Source: Octopus sinensis (lineage: Eukaryota). Taken from it: a stretch of DNA of 64,000 nt. Below are positions 41,356-55,703 of this stretch, in pieces. The stretch is taken from assembly GCF_006345805.1 (NCBI RefSeq), contig NC_043012.1, forward strand, positions 18,166,001-18,230,000. Direction: 5' to 3'. Made by a program: the position numbers and the translations under genes. The notes beneath the pieces are model-generated. The model made no database searches and was not told the origin of the DNA. It was given only the letters and a program-made list of their open reading frames with translations. The stretch's first letter is position 1. Every line of letters starts with the position of its first letter.

Positions 41356-42873
41356 TTGGCCTTTGCCTTTCCCTTGAATAACATTGATGGCTTGGAGACT
41401 GGTATGCACGGGGGACTACTGGTCTTCCATAAAACAGCCTTGGTTGGACTTGTGCCTCGTGGGTAACTTTCTAGGTGCAATCCCATGATCATTTATGACT
41501 GAAGGGGGTCTTTTTATTTATATCATTGGCCTTTGCCTTTCCCTTGAATAACATTGATGGCTTGGAGACTGGTGCACGATGGACTACTGGTCTTCCATAA
41601 AACAGCCTGGTTGGACTTGTGCCTCGTGGGTAACTTTCTAGGTGCAATCCCATGATCATTTATGACTGAAGGGGGTCTTTTTATTTATATCATTGGCCTT
41701 TGCCTTTCCCTTGAATAACATTGATGGCTTGGAGACTGGTATGCACGGGGGACTACTGGTCTTCCATAAAACGCCTTGGTTGGACTTGTGCCTCGTGGGT
41801 AACTTTCTAGGTGCAATCCCATGATCATTTATGACTGAAGGGGGTCTTTTTATTTATATCATTGGCCTTTGCCTTTCCCTTGAATAACATTGATGGCTTG
41901 GAGACTGGTATGCACGATGGACTACTGGTCTTCCATAAAACAGCTTGGTTGGACTTGTGCCTCGTGTGTACTTTCTAGGTGCAATCCCATGATCATTTAT
42001 GACTGAAGGGGGTTTTTTTATTTATATCATTGGCCTTTGCCTTTCCCTTGAATAACATTGATGGCTTGGAGACTGGTATGCACGATGGACTACTGGTCTT
42101 CCATAAAACAGCCTTGGTTGGACTTGTGCCTCGTGGGTAACTTTCTAGGTGCAATCCCATGATCATTTATGACTGAAGGGGGTCTTTTTATTTATATCAT
42201 TGGCCTTTGCTTCCCTTGAATAACATTGATGGCTTGGAGACTGGTATGCACGATGGACTACTGGTCTTCCATAAAACAGCCTTGGTTGGACTTGTGCCTC
42301 TGTGGTAACTTTCTAGGTGCAATCCCATGATCATTTATGACTGAAGGGGGTCTTTTTATTATATCATTGGCCTTTGCCTTTCCCTTGAATAACATTGATG
42401 GCTTGGAGACTGGTATGCACGGGGGACTACTGGTCTTCCATAAAACAGCCTTGGTTGGACTGTGCCTCGTGGGTAACTTTCTAGTGCAATCCCATGATCA
42501 TTTATGACTGAAGGGGGTATTTTTATTTTATCATTGGCCTTTGCCTTTCCCTTGAATAACATTGATGGCTGGAGACTGGTATGCACGGGGGACTACTGGT
42601 CTTCCATAAAACAGCTTGGTTGGACTTGTGCCTCGTGGGTAACTTCTAGGTGTAATCCCATGATCATTTATGACTGAAGGGGGTCTTTTTATTATATCAT
42701 TGGCCTTTGTCTTTCCCTTGAATAACATTGATGGCTTGGAGACTGGTATGCACGGGGGACTACTGGTCTTCCATAAAACAGCCTTGGTTGGACTTGTGCC
42801 TCGTGGGTAACTTTCTAGGTGCAATCCCATGATCATTTATGACTGAAGGGGGTCTTTTTATTTATATCATTGG
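41186..42873 (+). repeat. Tandem array of 10 units of about 166-170 bp derived from the SINE 3' half
   Basis: Unit starts (ttggcc) at about 41186, 41356, 41526, 41693, 41862, 42030, 42200, 42367, 42534 and 42700. Confidence 0.95.
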
Positions 42874-45800
42874 ATAATTTCAATGTACGTATAAAGCTCC
42901 CAAATATTAGGATAGGAATAGGTAATAATTAGAAAAGTTCTTTTGAAATAGAAATGCATTGTGTAGTGTGCGAGTGTTATAGGACGTGATACATGTGACG
43001 TATTTATTGCCTGAATATTAATACATTCTTGATATTTATTCTTATTCCGTCTGGGCAGATTTGAATGTGAATATGTTAAACGCTGTTGTCCTTCGTCATC
43101 GGAGAGCAACCTGTCCTTTACGAGGAACGTGTTTTCATACTACTCTAGGTTCCTTAGCATCAAGGATTCTAAACCATCCGGTATTTCAATATCTTTGAAT
43201 CGCGTCAGCCAGATGCAACCCGAGACCAGTGAATTAAGCGACAGTTATCATTGGTGTGAATGAATTTCTGATTTACAATATACAACAATGTGCAAATAAT
43301 GGTTGTCATAAAATAGCTTTTGCTAATGAATCGTGTGTTATTTCCAAACATTCATCTTAAAGGAGAAGAAACGCCACAATGATTACCAAACTCACGTTCG
43401 TCTCTACCGGAATTAAGGATGAATATACGACCATTGTTTGGATTCTCGTGGCTTAACGTTCATGGAAGGATTCATGACTAAAAACTAATAGAATTTAATA
43501 GTTACCTTATAGTCCCAAGTAAATAGAAAGAAAAGATATTTCTTGAAATCAATGGGCCTCACATGAGTGATTTGTTTTTAAAACACTTAATAAGAACTGA
43601 GCAATAGCTCAACTTACACTTGTAGTATCAAATATAAAAACAAATTTAATTTCCTCACTAAAGCCTTAAATAATATTTCACATTTCTCTCTCTGTAAATC
43701 GAAAGATATTTGACAAGCCAAATTTATCTGCAGTCATTTAACAAATTACCCTAATGTTCGCAGCAATAAAACGTTGAAAATGAAATAAATCAATAGAAAT
43801 CTAAGAATAACATTATTAGATTGATTTAAAATATACCGGCCTAATACTATTATACTGATCAATAGTGTAATAAATTGTTTTCTTGTGAGGAAGTGAAAAT
43901 TTTAACGTTTAGATCAGAACCCTTAAATATATAGTTATAGTTTCTGATGACACAGAATGCATAGATGCCTATTTAAAGCGACTTCCTATTTAATTTACTC
44001 CATTCAGTACCATCAATACTACCGGAAAACATTTCTCCGTGATGAACGTTCCTGCAAAAATGCTATCTCATTCCCCGTCTTAAAGACAAATTTATTCATC
44101 CCACTTTGTAAATGTTTAAATGCTTCATGTCCGACACAGGCCATCTTTAATTTCCTTCGATTCCATTATTTTCTCTACTAATACCGTGCTCTTTGCTTTT
44201 GCTACTCGTACGTTGTAGCGATTGTTTAAGTTTATTTATGAACAACGTGAGACATTTTCTGATTTAGTTTCGAAGTTATATCTCTAAATAATATATAGCG
44301 TATATGCTAGTCGAGATTTCGAGTAAACTACTGTCAGTAAAACTTGCAGTAAATTCTTTATTTTTTAAAGATAGCTATAGCTTCCAGAAACATCATATTG
44401 TTACAAAATGTGGTTATGTTCAAATTTTCATTTGCTGAACCATTTGCTTGGAGGAAGATTGAATATATTTCTTTATTTTTTCTTATTTAATGCATGAGTT
44501 TAGCATTAAAAAATGAATTGAAAAGTTTAGAATAAGAATTTCTCGTATTTTATATTGTTTGTGCTAGTTTGAATCGAGGCTGTAATTCTAAACTCCAAAT
44601 ATCATGTCTATTGAATACTTGTTATATTTTTTCGGCTTCAGATAGAGGAAAAGCTGCATTAAAATCCACTTGCGTTGAAGGTGAATGAGTAAAATGATAG
44701 TTGCAGCTTATTCACTGTGTTGAAAATGGTGGAAGAAAACGGTTCTTTAAAAAGAGAGGCGAGATGCATGCTTTTACATATAGTGAAAATTTATTTTCAC
44801 ATCTGGACGTCAAAGCACATTTCAACGTATTTTGTCCCTGAATCCGGCAAAAGTGGAACACTTTATCACGAGCAGTGTAGGAGCCTTGCCAGTGAGAAAT
44901 AGTAGCAGCATTTACTCAACTTCCATCTTGACCTCATAAATCAAGGAGGACACATTTGAGATAATAGTGCTAGATTAACAAAGCGTGGTATTTCCAAATG
45001 TACAATGACTTCCCTCGGGCTTTCGACTAATTAGGGCCGACTTAGTGTTCAGCAGCTCCAACAAAAAAAAACAGCAACAAAAACTCTCAGAGTAGATGAC
45101 AGCACTCTGACTGCCTCACTGCACTGAAAATTGGTATTTGTTTTTGAAACAATGTTTCTGATTTGAAACAGAGCTATTTTCACTGAGAATGTCCTTTGAT
45201 GTATAAAACATGCCTTCAAATGTATTTTATGATACGAATTTCACATAAGAATCTTCTGGGTTATCGGAAAGGTACTGAATCAAATGATATAACAGCAGAT
45301 GTCCGGATCATTGTTATTCTATAAAATGCCTCGGATACGTGAGTACAGTTGTGTTGTTCCAAATTAAATCCAAATACCATATAGATAAAATATTTCATGT
45401 ATTCAACTAAACTACCAATGAAACTGCAGTGTGGTAAATCAAACAGCAAGCAATATCAAACAAATGACTCTTAAAATATAGCCAATCTGCACACAGAAGA
45501 CAACATTTGAGTACGCGGTCTCCGTTGCACTTTACGTAGGACAAATGTGAGGATGGTCCCGGTTGGATTACTTTTGTTCGTCACACCTCTCAATGCAATC
45601 GGACCTGAGCCTAATCAAAAACAACGACAGTAATTTCAGTACCAGGTGGGGTACACATCATACACTGGTTATTTACTATGTAAGAGGCACGGCGTGACCT
45701 GAAGGAAAATTTAGAATTTTAGTGTTCTTAGCTGGTATTTTTGTTATTTATTTTGAAATTAATAGTGTTGCAGCATTTTTGTCTGTTGTAATACTAAAGC

Positions 45801-46109
45801 AGATCTTCAATGTAATTCTAAATTACTACTGTAGATCGACCTCTAATCAACCCTAATTTAAGATAAATACTCAAAGGTGCTCCAGTATTGACCACACGGA
45901 ATTTTGGAAATTTAGTTCTATATAGACTACGTATAATGTGTTCTTCGATTTTTAAGACTATGGAGAATGACCCGGGTGAACTAATTGCTAATTCTTACTT
46001 ACCAAGTGACCAATATAAAATTACGCTTCAGCGTGATACTTCACTGTGTGTTTAACGAACCTGAGAAAAATAACAACTCTTAACTCATTTATCTCTCACT
46101 TTCTCTGTC

Positions 46110-46111
46110 TG

Positions 46112-46176
<65 letters not shown>

Positions 46177-46247
46177 TATCTACCTGTCTGTGTGTCTGTA
46201 TGACTGCCTGCCTACCTACCTACCTACCTACCTACCTACCTACCTGC

Positions 46248-46324
<77 letters not shown>

Positions 46325-46334
46325 AATATATCCC

Positions 46335-46376
<42 letters not shown>

Positions 46377-46460
46377 CACTCATCTCTCTCACTCTATGTA
46401 TGTATGTATGTATCTATCTATCTATCCACCCCCCTCTCTCTCTCTATCTATCTACCTATA
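46110..46460. repeat. (CTAT)n/(CTAC)n microsatellite
   Basis: Directly visible. Confidence 0.95.
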
Positions 46461-46970
46461 TTAGGTTTGACAAAAAGTAAACACAATTGTACAGATAAAT
46501 GCATATTTATGTTTTATTTATGTGTGTGTGAATGTGTGTATGCGTGAGATTATGTGTGTGTTTGTCTGCTTGTGTGTGTGTGTGTTTATGTATGTGCGTG
46601 TGTGTGTTTGCGTGAAATATTACGTTAGGCTTAGTGGTCAAGAGAAGATAAGTGGATGTTAATAAAAACGTACTGGTGGCATCCGCATTTATAAATCGAT
46701 GCATGTTTTATTCGCTATTTTAATATATACTACTCTAAATGTGTGATGTAGGTTTAGTTCACGCAGAGAAATGAAAGGTAATCTTATATGTTTGACATAT
46801 GAGGTCCACAAATCTCTTCAAGATGAACGGCTACAGTATAATATTACGATACTATTTGCATTCTTAGACTATCCTATCCTAGATTATTGCAGTTTTAATG
46901 CATCATTACTACACCTTCAATAAGCTGACTAGCCAACCTTTGTTATTGCAGATTGAAGGAGAAAGAGAGA

Positions 46971-47011
<41 letters not shown>

Positions 47012-47099
47012 AGAGAGAGATATGACATCACTTTGAACAAATGTTGCGAAACACTGCTTGTCACAGTTTGCAGAATGCAGTCGGGACGGAAGACAATTT

Positions 47100-47730
47100 G
47101 GTAGCTGGTTATTCAATAAACATTTTGTGTCATACTGAGCAAAGATGATACTAGAACTTATGAAAAGCTCGAGACCGCTTATGCTTTAACCTGTATTAGC
47201 CGAGCAACAGTTTGTTGCTTTCACAGGGGGAAACGCCAAACAACTCCAACGGGAAGTACATGATGATCCGCTTTTTCGAGAGCAAGGACATTATCTAGAT
47301 CCACTGAGTTCCCTTTAGCCAAAAGGTCAACAATGACTAATTCGTGGAGGTCTTGAGGGCGTTCAGGAAGAGATTTCTTCGAAAAAGGCCAGCGCATCTG
47401 CACCAAAACAATTACATGTCGGTTAGCCTACTCTTTTAGAGATATGGGTATTCAAACTGTCCATCACCCAAACCATTGTCTCCAAGGTGAAGGAAAACAT
47501 CAGCGGCAGTCGTTTTGAAGACATTGAAAAGATTAGAAAGGCTATGACAAAGTCCCTGGATACGTACCCTTTGCAGGAATTCTAAGGGGGCTTCATGAAG
47601 TGGCTGGAACAAACAAGAAGTGCATTGAAGTTAGAAGATCATACTTTGAATGACATTTGAGTTTGTATTTCTTTGATATTAAGAAATGTCTTTCTTGAAA
47701 AAGTCTCAAAACCTCTGGAATACACCCTGC
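47100..47730 (+). mobile_element. Degenerate mariner transposase relic
   Basis: Manual translation gives GKYMMIRFFESKDII, KVNND*FVEVL, MGIQTVHHP, SGSRFEDIEKI, KCIEVRRSYFE; heavily disabled. Confidence 0.75.
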
Positions 47731-48965
47731 ATATCATCTGCAAAATGTATCAGAATTATGTCGCGTATATGAGGTTGATTTTGAGTGGTCGCTCGCCCTG
47801 TTGGAGTATCAGTGGAATTTGGTGCCTGGGTGTGGGGTAATTGTTTGCTGCCTTGAAAACTAGAACACGTTACATAATGCAGTCCTAGAAACAGAAGAAT
47901 ATGGATTGGTCATAACTGTTGGAAAACCATTGATTAGAATTCTATTTAATCAGAACTGAAACGAGGTTAACTACAACAGAAGTTTAGTGTTATATTGAGC
48001 ATCTATTGTATTATTACAAAAGACAGAATATGTCATAACATTAAAAAACAAAACTAAAAAATATTCGTATAATAAATACTAAACACCACAACTTCCCTCA
48101 GATCACTCCGCACCACTAATATAATTAAGAAATCATACTATGAGCAGAAGCAGAATGAATGCCAGAATAGATGTTTTCACATTACATAATATTCTTACAT
48201 TTCTCCGCCTAGTTCCTAACACAAATTTGCAACAGATTTTCTCCGATATCGGTAAATCAAATAAGTGTAGTAAATAATAATAAATTGCAATATAAAATAT
48301 AGAATTGAAATTAGTCGTGTTACTGGTCCATAGAATCTATATTAGAAATATAATTCAGTTTGGAGTATATTGTATCGATATCTTGGTCGATTATCGACCA
48401 AGTCGCTTGTCTATTATTATTGACACCTATCATTTGTGATCTCCTTTACATAAAAATATTGATTTATAACACTGGTGCAACACCCCAGTTTTCTGAAGAA
48501 ATATATTATCGAATCGATCCTTTTACTTGACTGATACTTTACTTATCGACACAAGAGGATGCAAAGGGATTTGGCTTTGGAAAGATGTGTCCTCAGAATA
48601 TAATAGAATGAAATTCTACCTGGTCCGCAGATTTTCTCTGAATGCCGTCTGTTATCATTTAAAGGGCTCAGTAAAGTAAGTATTTAGAGCTTCTATAAAT
48701 TCTGTGTGTTTGAGGAGACCAGGAGGACAAAGTGGATAATTTTAGTTTCTCACGGAGACGTAAGTCTAATTACGAGAAGAGGGTTTTCTCGATGTCATCG
48801 ACCCCGACACCTCACTGGTATTTTATTGACCTTAAATGAAAGTTGGAGTTGACATCAATGTGATTTGAAATCAGAAAATAAAGAGTTGAAATAGATATCG
48901 GAGATGCATTTTACTGATGATCTAATGATTCTTCGAACTTTCCCAACGTGACCATACTCCTTTCT

Positions 48966-49350
48966 ACTAGAGGCACAAGGCCTGCTATTTGGGGGGAGAG
49001 GACCAGTCGATTACATCAATCCCAGTAACTGGTACTTTATTTATCGACTCCGAAAGGATGAAAGTAAATTCGATCCTGACGGCATTTGGACTAAGAACTG
49101 GAAGACGGACGAAATACCTATGTCTTTACTACCCACAAGGGGCTAAACACAGACGGGACAAACAAGGACAGACAAACGGATTAAGTCGATTATATCAGCC
49201 CCAGTGTGTAACTGGTACTTATTTAATCGACCCCGAAAGGATGAAAGGCAAAGTCGACATCGGCGGAATTTGAACTCAGAACATAGCGACAGACGAAATA
49301 CCGCTAAGCATTTCGCCCGGCGTGCTAACGTTTCTGCCAGCTCGCCCCTA
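48966..49350 (-). mobile_element. SINE family 1, full copy followed by a second body unit
   Basis: Head at about 49350 ('ggcgagctggcagaaacgttagcacgccgggcg'); the second body begins at the 'ggtatttcgtc' junction near 49118. Confidence 0.9.
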
Positions 49351-49369
49351 ATGTAATAATAATGATATG

Positions 49370-49640
49370 AGACTGAAACAGGTCTCGGTCTCTTTAATAT
49401 TGCCACCAAACAAAGCAAAGAAAAAATGTCCACATCACATACAAACGATATCTGGAAAACTTTCCACAAGGCGCGCTAAACAGACCACCTATACCTGATT
49501 ACATCTCACTCAACAACAAATACTTCCTCGTATACACCGTAACACCACAAAACTTGACTTAAAAGTGACTTAATAGGTTCTATAATGTGGAGCGATTAAG
49601 TTAGACATGGACTATGGTCGAAACATAGCTAAGTTTAAAC
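49370..49640 (+). mobile_element. Third, short degenerate copy of the CR1/L2-like LINE 3' end
   Basis: RYLENF...RPPIPDYISLNNK and 3' 'attaagttagacatgg' shared with the 16.5 kb copy. Confidence 0.65.
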
Positions 49641-50029
49641 ATGAAAAAGTCTGGTAGAAATCAATCTCTGGATGAAAAAATACCACTTACTGAAATATTC
49701 AAGCCAACACATTACACGTTCTCACACTGCATAACATTACAATATGTGGTTGTGAAAGGAAAAAGGAGCACGTGGATTAATTCGTAGTTTCTACTTCACT
49801 GTGCAGTTAGCACATTACTTCACAAGGAAATTGTTGCGGGTAGAGATGAACCGTGATAAATTGTAAATGTATAAAGTATTATATACACAGAACGCCTCTT
49901 CTGCATTTGAGTGTGTGTGGTCTGTGTGTCTCTATATGAATGCATACATACAGATATATACAGTACTACGTCGGCTCTCGTACAAATCATAACGCTATGA
50001 CTTTGAATCTCAATAATGATATTCTTTTA

Positions 50030-50272
50030 TTCTTTTATTTGTTTCAATTATTTGACTGCGGCCATGCTGGAACACATCCTTTAGGCGAACAAATCCACCT
50101 CAGGACTTATTCTTTGTAAGCCTAGTACTTATTCTTTCGTTCTTATTTTGACTAACCGCTAAGTTACGGGGATGTAAACACACCAACATCGGTAGTCAAG
50201 CAATGGTGGAGCGACAAACACAGACGTATACATACATACATACATACATACATACATACACACACATACACA

Positions 50273-50344
<72 letters not shown>

Positions 50345-50430
50345 GACACTTGCCCTAGGTGCCACGCAGTAGGACTGAAACCGTGGTTGGAAAGCAAACT
50401 TCTTACCACATAGCCACTCCTGCGCCTATA
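50030..50430 (-). mobile_element. SINE family 2 with internal deletion
   Basis: Collinear with the 22.8 kb copy except for a missing segment next to the internal microsatellite. Confidence 0.85.
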
Positions 50431-52017
50431 CATAATGATTTTTCTACTTCATAATTCCACCTCAAACCATCTAATTGCATGCATTTACCTTTGCCTTTCT
50501 TTAAAAAGCCCTTATCTTTTTATATCTAATATGGGTTTTCTTAGTTTTCTTTTTACTTTTCGCCTATTTATACCATGTGTAGTCTTTCTTCGTTGAAACC
50601 TATTTCTATTATCTCTGTCTCTCTCTGCCTCTCTCTCTCTCCATATATATATATATATAATATATATATATATATATAATATATATATATATATATCTAT
50701 ATATATATATATTTTATCAGCCGAAATTGCGAGGAAGATCCGGTTCTTGACTGAAGATTGAAGGCTTCGAATGTCCCGTCCGTGTTTTTTGTATCGTCTT
50801 CTAAATGTTTTGCGTTATTGTCCCAGTTTGTATTTTTTACATACATATATATAAGGATAGATAGATATATAAATATATATAGACCCCACCCTCACACACA
50901 CACATCTATATGTATGCGTCTGTCTGTATGTATATGGATGAGTGTAGTGTGTAAGCATGTGCTTTTCTGTTTCTGTGTGTATGATGTATTATATATTAGT
51001 GTGTGTTCAGGTGTCTTCATACTGATGCCCACCTAGATAAACTTATGCATATGTATACTTTTAAACTTAAAATCTGTATTTCTTTTTTATTTGCTCTGAG
51101 AATTTTGTCAACACGATCAATTGTAGAGCAAAACACTTTCGACAAGTATGGCCTCGCAATCCCGAATTTTTTAGTTCAATTCCTTATATTCCTGAAGCCT
51201 AGAAGTCGCACAGTGACTGAATAATGTTCTGTATGTTATCAACACGAAAACATAATTTCAAAATTTTCATATACAAAAAAATAAAAGTTTTCTTGCGAAA
51301 ACACCTTAACCATACAAACACAGATACAAACACACATGTACAAGACCACAGGCATACACATATCACACAAGCAATGCGGAGACTCATTCAGAAAACTAAT
51401 GTCTAATATTGAACACATCAAAGCTCTATCGCGTACGCACAAAAAACAAATATTCATAGAAATACAAACAAAAACACACTAGCTCGTATTAACACAAAGC
51501 TTGTCGAGATTAACAAAAACACTGATATATACACCTGAGTATATATCAATTTTTTTTAAAAGAATCTAAGTCCTCTTTTCGCGTGAGATTGAAATGAAAA
51601 TGTTAAATCGAAACTGAAGCAGGGAAATGCATTTCCATCATGCGTATACTATGTACGTATTATATCTTTTGATGTTATATATATATAAAAAAGATATATG
51701 AACATTTCTCGGTAAGGTTTCATTCCGGAGTAAATTTTCCTAATTTTTTCCATAACACAGATTTATTTTCATATATTTTGTATTTTAATTTTGTTCCCCT
51801 TTTCACAGTAATTCCTTTTGTGTTTTACTTTTAACTGTACTACATTAAATTAAGATACAACCGTGCATATATATCGTGACAGAGATCATCATAGTTTCAC
51901 GTGTTACGCATATGCATGGTATTTATATCATGCATACACACGCGTTCATCTCTCTCTCTCTCTCTCTATCTCTTTCTCTCTCTCTCTCTCTCTCCTCTCT
52001 ATATATATATATATATA

Positions 52018-52146
52018 TACACATATAAAAAGAAATATATATAGTTGTATGTATGTACGCATCTATCTATCAATATATATATATATTATATATATATATA
52101 TATATACATATAAACATACGTATACCACACATATACATATACATGC

Positions 52147-52207
<61 letters not shown>

Positions 52208-53775
52208 GAGGCACAGAAACACGTGTATGTGTATGTCAGTTTTTATATATCTTACTTCTTAAAATTAGCTAAAGGATGTTTTTTAATCTAATTAAGTTAA
52301 CGCCTACACAAAGAGGTAGTTGGAACAAAAGGAGTTAAATCCAATATTCTATAAATGCAGTTACGTGAAAGAAAGAAATGGGAAAAGATAAAACCCTCAA
52401 CTTGAAGAGGCGATAGAAGTTTAAGAAGAGCATTTAGATTTGATAGTATGGCATCAACGAATCGGGTTTCTTATACAGCAACTGATCAGTTTTAGAACTC
52501 ATGGCTATGAGATAAGTAAAATACGTAGGGTAAAGCAAAGAAGTGGGTGAAAGAGGAACGGGAGAGGGAAGAAGGGGAGAGAAAGAAGCGGTGGAAGACG
52601 ACGAAAAATTCTAGGAAATAGTTAACCGATATTGAAAATAAGATGTAATAGAAGAAGAATTCGTTGAAGGATCTGACGATGACGAAGAAGAGGAAAAGAA
52701 ATAGAGAATAAGGAAAACATAAAGAAAAGAAGGAATAGAAAAATAAGAAGAACAGCAACAACAGCAACAACAAAACAGATAAACGAGAACGAGAGGAGTA
52801 ACACACACACACACACACAAATTAAGTATTAGACCAAGATGAAAAATATAAAAATGGCGAAAGAGGAAGCTATTTAAGGGAATGCGTAAAAATTGAATAA
52901 AGTAATATGAGGAAGAGAAATTGCGCTCCGCCATCTTAGATCGACAAGATGGCACCTTAATCCTTTACTAAACAACTACACTACCTCTAGATGGTCCTGA
53001 CATACTGCAACGAATAATGTGTATTTATTCAACATTTCTCTGTCTTATAATCTAGCTTTTGCCCACTTTCACACATTAATTACCGTCGACGTTTATCGTA
53101 TTCTAAATTTGTCATTATCTTTTTCTGCTACAGTATAAATTACCTTAATGTCATCCTGCATCTCATTAATTAGCTCCATTTTGTATTGAACGAGTGTTTT
53201 TATTTCAGGACATTACCCTTTTACCTGTGTTTATATAAATATTATTGTTGTCTAACTCCGTGCGTTCCACCACAATTTCGATCAAATCGCCTGCGAGTGA
53301 AATTCGAATCGCTTGGCAAAAATTTAACCTTCATTGAACTAACGTATATCTGGCCTGATGGGTACCTACTGGTGTACCTCTGAGACTCTGTTTGGCAGGG
53401 AACATGTAGCCTGGATTTTACCAGCTTTATTCCCTCAATTTGAATATGTGTGTGTGCGTGTACATGCATATAAGAATGTCATTCAGATTCATTTCAATTC
53501 CTTAACAATGGAGAAAGAGCCTTTTCTAAACTAAGATCAAAAAGATCAAAGGCTCCTTCATTGGAATGTGAACAACATCAACAGGGTATTTTTATGAACG
53601 GATGTTCATATATATGTATGTATATATATATATATATATATAATATACACATATAAAAGAAATATATATTAGTTGTATGTATGTACGCATCTATAGATCA
53701 ATATATATATATATATTATTATATATATATAGATACATATAAACATACGTATACCACACATATACATATACATGC

Positions 53776-53834
<59 letters not shown>

Positions 53835-55292
53835 GAGGCACAGAAACACGTGTATGTGTATGTCAGTTTTTATATATCTTACTTCTTAAAATTAGCTAAA
53901 GGATGTTTTTTAATCTAATTAAGTTAACGCCTACACAAAGAGGTAGTTGGAACAAAAGGAGTTAAATCCAATATTCTATAAATGCAGTTACGTGAAAGAA
54001 AGAAATGGGAAAAGATAAAACCCTCAACTTGGAAGAGGCGATAGAAGTTTAAGAAGAGCATTTAGATTTGATAGTATGGCATCAACGAATCGGGGTTCTA
54101 TTACAGCAACTGATCAGTTTTAGAACTCATGGCTATGAGATAAGGTAAAATAACGTAGGGTAAAGCAAAGAAGTGGGTGAAAGAGGAACGGGAGAGGGAA
54201 GAAGAAGGGGAGAGAGAAGAAGCGGCGTGGAAGACGACCGAAAAATTCTAGGAAATAGTTAACCGATATTGAAAATAAGATGAATAGAAGAAGAATTCGT
54301 TGAAGGATCTGACGATGACGAAGAAGAGGAAAAGAAATAGAGAATAAGGCAAAACATAATAAGAAAAGAAGGAATAGAAAAATAAGAGAACAGCAACAAC
54401 AGCAACAACAAAACAGATAAACGAGAACGAGAGGAGAGTAACACACACACACACACACAAATTAAGTATTAGACCAAGATGAAAATATAAAAATGGACGA
54501 AAAGAGGAAGCTATTTAAGGGAATGCGTAAAAATTGAATAATAGTAATAAGTAATATGAGGAAGAGAAATTGCGCTCCGCCATCTTAGATCGACAGATGG
54601 ACCTTAATCCTTTACTAAACAACTACACTACCTCTAGATGGTCCTGACATACTGCAACGAATAATGTGTATTTATTCAACATTCTCTGTCTTATAATCTA
54701 GCTTTTGCCCACTTCACACATAATTACCGTCGACGTTTATCGTATTCTAAATTTGTCATTATCTTTTTTGCGCTACAGTATATAAATTACCTTAATGTCA
54801 TCCTGCATCTCATTAATTAGCTCCATTTTGTATTGAACGAGTGTTTTTATTTCAGGACATTACCCTTTTACCTGTGTTTATATAAATTATTATTGTTGTC
54901 TACATCCGTGCGTTCCACCACAATTTCGATCAAATCGCCTGCGAGTGAAATTCGAATCGCTGGCAAAAATTTAACCTTCATTGAACTAACGTATATCTGG
55001 CCTGATGGGTACCTACTGGTGTACCTCTGAGACTCTGTTTGGCAGGGAACATGTAGCCTGGATTTTACCAGCTTTATTCCCTCAATTTGAATATGTGTGT
55101 GTGCGTGTACATGCATATAAGAATGTCATTCAGATTCATTTCAAGATTCCTTAACAATGGAGAAAGAGCCTTTTCTAAACTAAGATCAAAAAGATCAAAG
55201 GCTCCTTCATTGGAATGTGAACAACATCAACAGGGTATTTTTATGAACGGATGTTCATATATATGTATGTATATATATATATATATATATAT
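52018..55292 (+). repeat. Direct tandem duplication of about 1.63 kb (copy 1 about 52018-53645, copy 2 about 53646-55292)
   Basis: Collinear unique sequence with offset 1628 at the start and 1649 at the end; the junction lies in (TA)n. Confidence 0.95.
52928..52953. promoter_or_regulatory. Palindromic pair of YY1-type motifs (CCGCCATCTT / AAGATGGC)
   Basis: GCCATCTT-agatcgac-AAGATGGC; the first half is a full CCGCCATNTT consensus. No TSS evidence. Confidence 0.3.
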
Positions 55293-55470
55293 AATAATAA
55301 ATATTAGGGAATAAATCCAAATTTACAGGGAAAAAATCAGATTTAGGATTAAATCCAATTTTATAGTAAAATATTATAAAATATTATTAGAGACAAAACC
55401 ACTATTTTGCAAAACAAACAAGGAAAGACTTAATCAATACATAAAATTTAATAATAGTCAAAAAAAACCG

Positions 55471-55513
55471 CCACTACAATCGTTTCTTGTCTTGATCGAC
55501 AATCTTCAGGTGG
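55471..55513 (-). ncRNA. Minimal type I hammerhead ribozyme (intact core)
   Basis: Exact reverse complement of 55574-55616. Confidence 0.75.
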
Positions 55514-55573
55514 ACTTCCAATTACAAGTCAGTTTCAAATAATTTCATTTGAAACTGACTTGTAATTGGAAGT

Positions 55574-55616
55574 CCACCTGAAGATTGTCGATCAAGACAA
55601 GAAACGATTGTAGTGG
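55574..55616 (+). ncRNA. Minimal type I hammerhead ribozyme (intact core)
   Basis: CCAC-CTGAAGA-TTGTC-gatcaa-GACAA-GAAA-CGATTGTA-GTGG; predicted GUA cleavage after 55612. Confidence 0.75.
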
Positions 55617-55703
55617 CGGTTTTTTTGACTATTTATTAAAATTTTATGTATTGATTAAGTCTTTCCTTGTTTGTTTTGCAAAATAGTGGTTTTGTCTCTA
55701 ATA

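Noticed and set aside
41186-42873. CRISPR-like array
   Set aside because: The units are wholly repeated with no unique spacers and derive from a SINE, in eukaryotic context.
50735-50790. CTGAAGA...GAA hammerhead-like string
   Set aside because: Lacks GAAA and a convincing stem I; cannot be supported.
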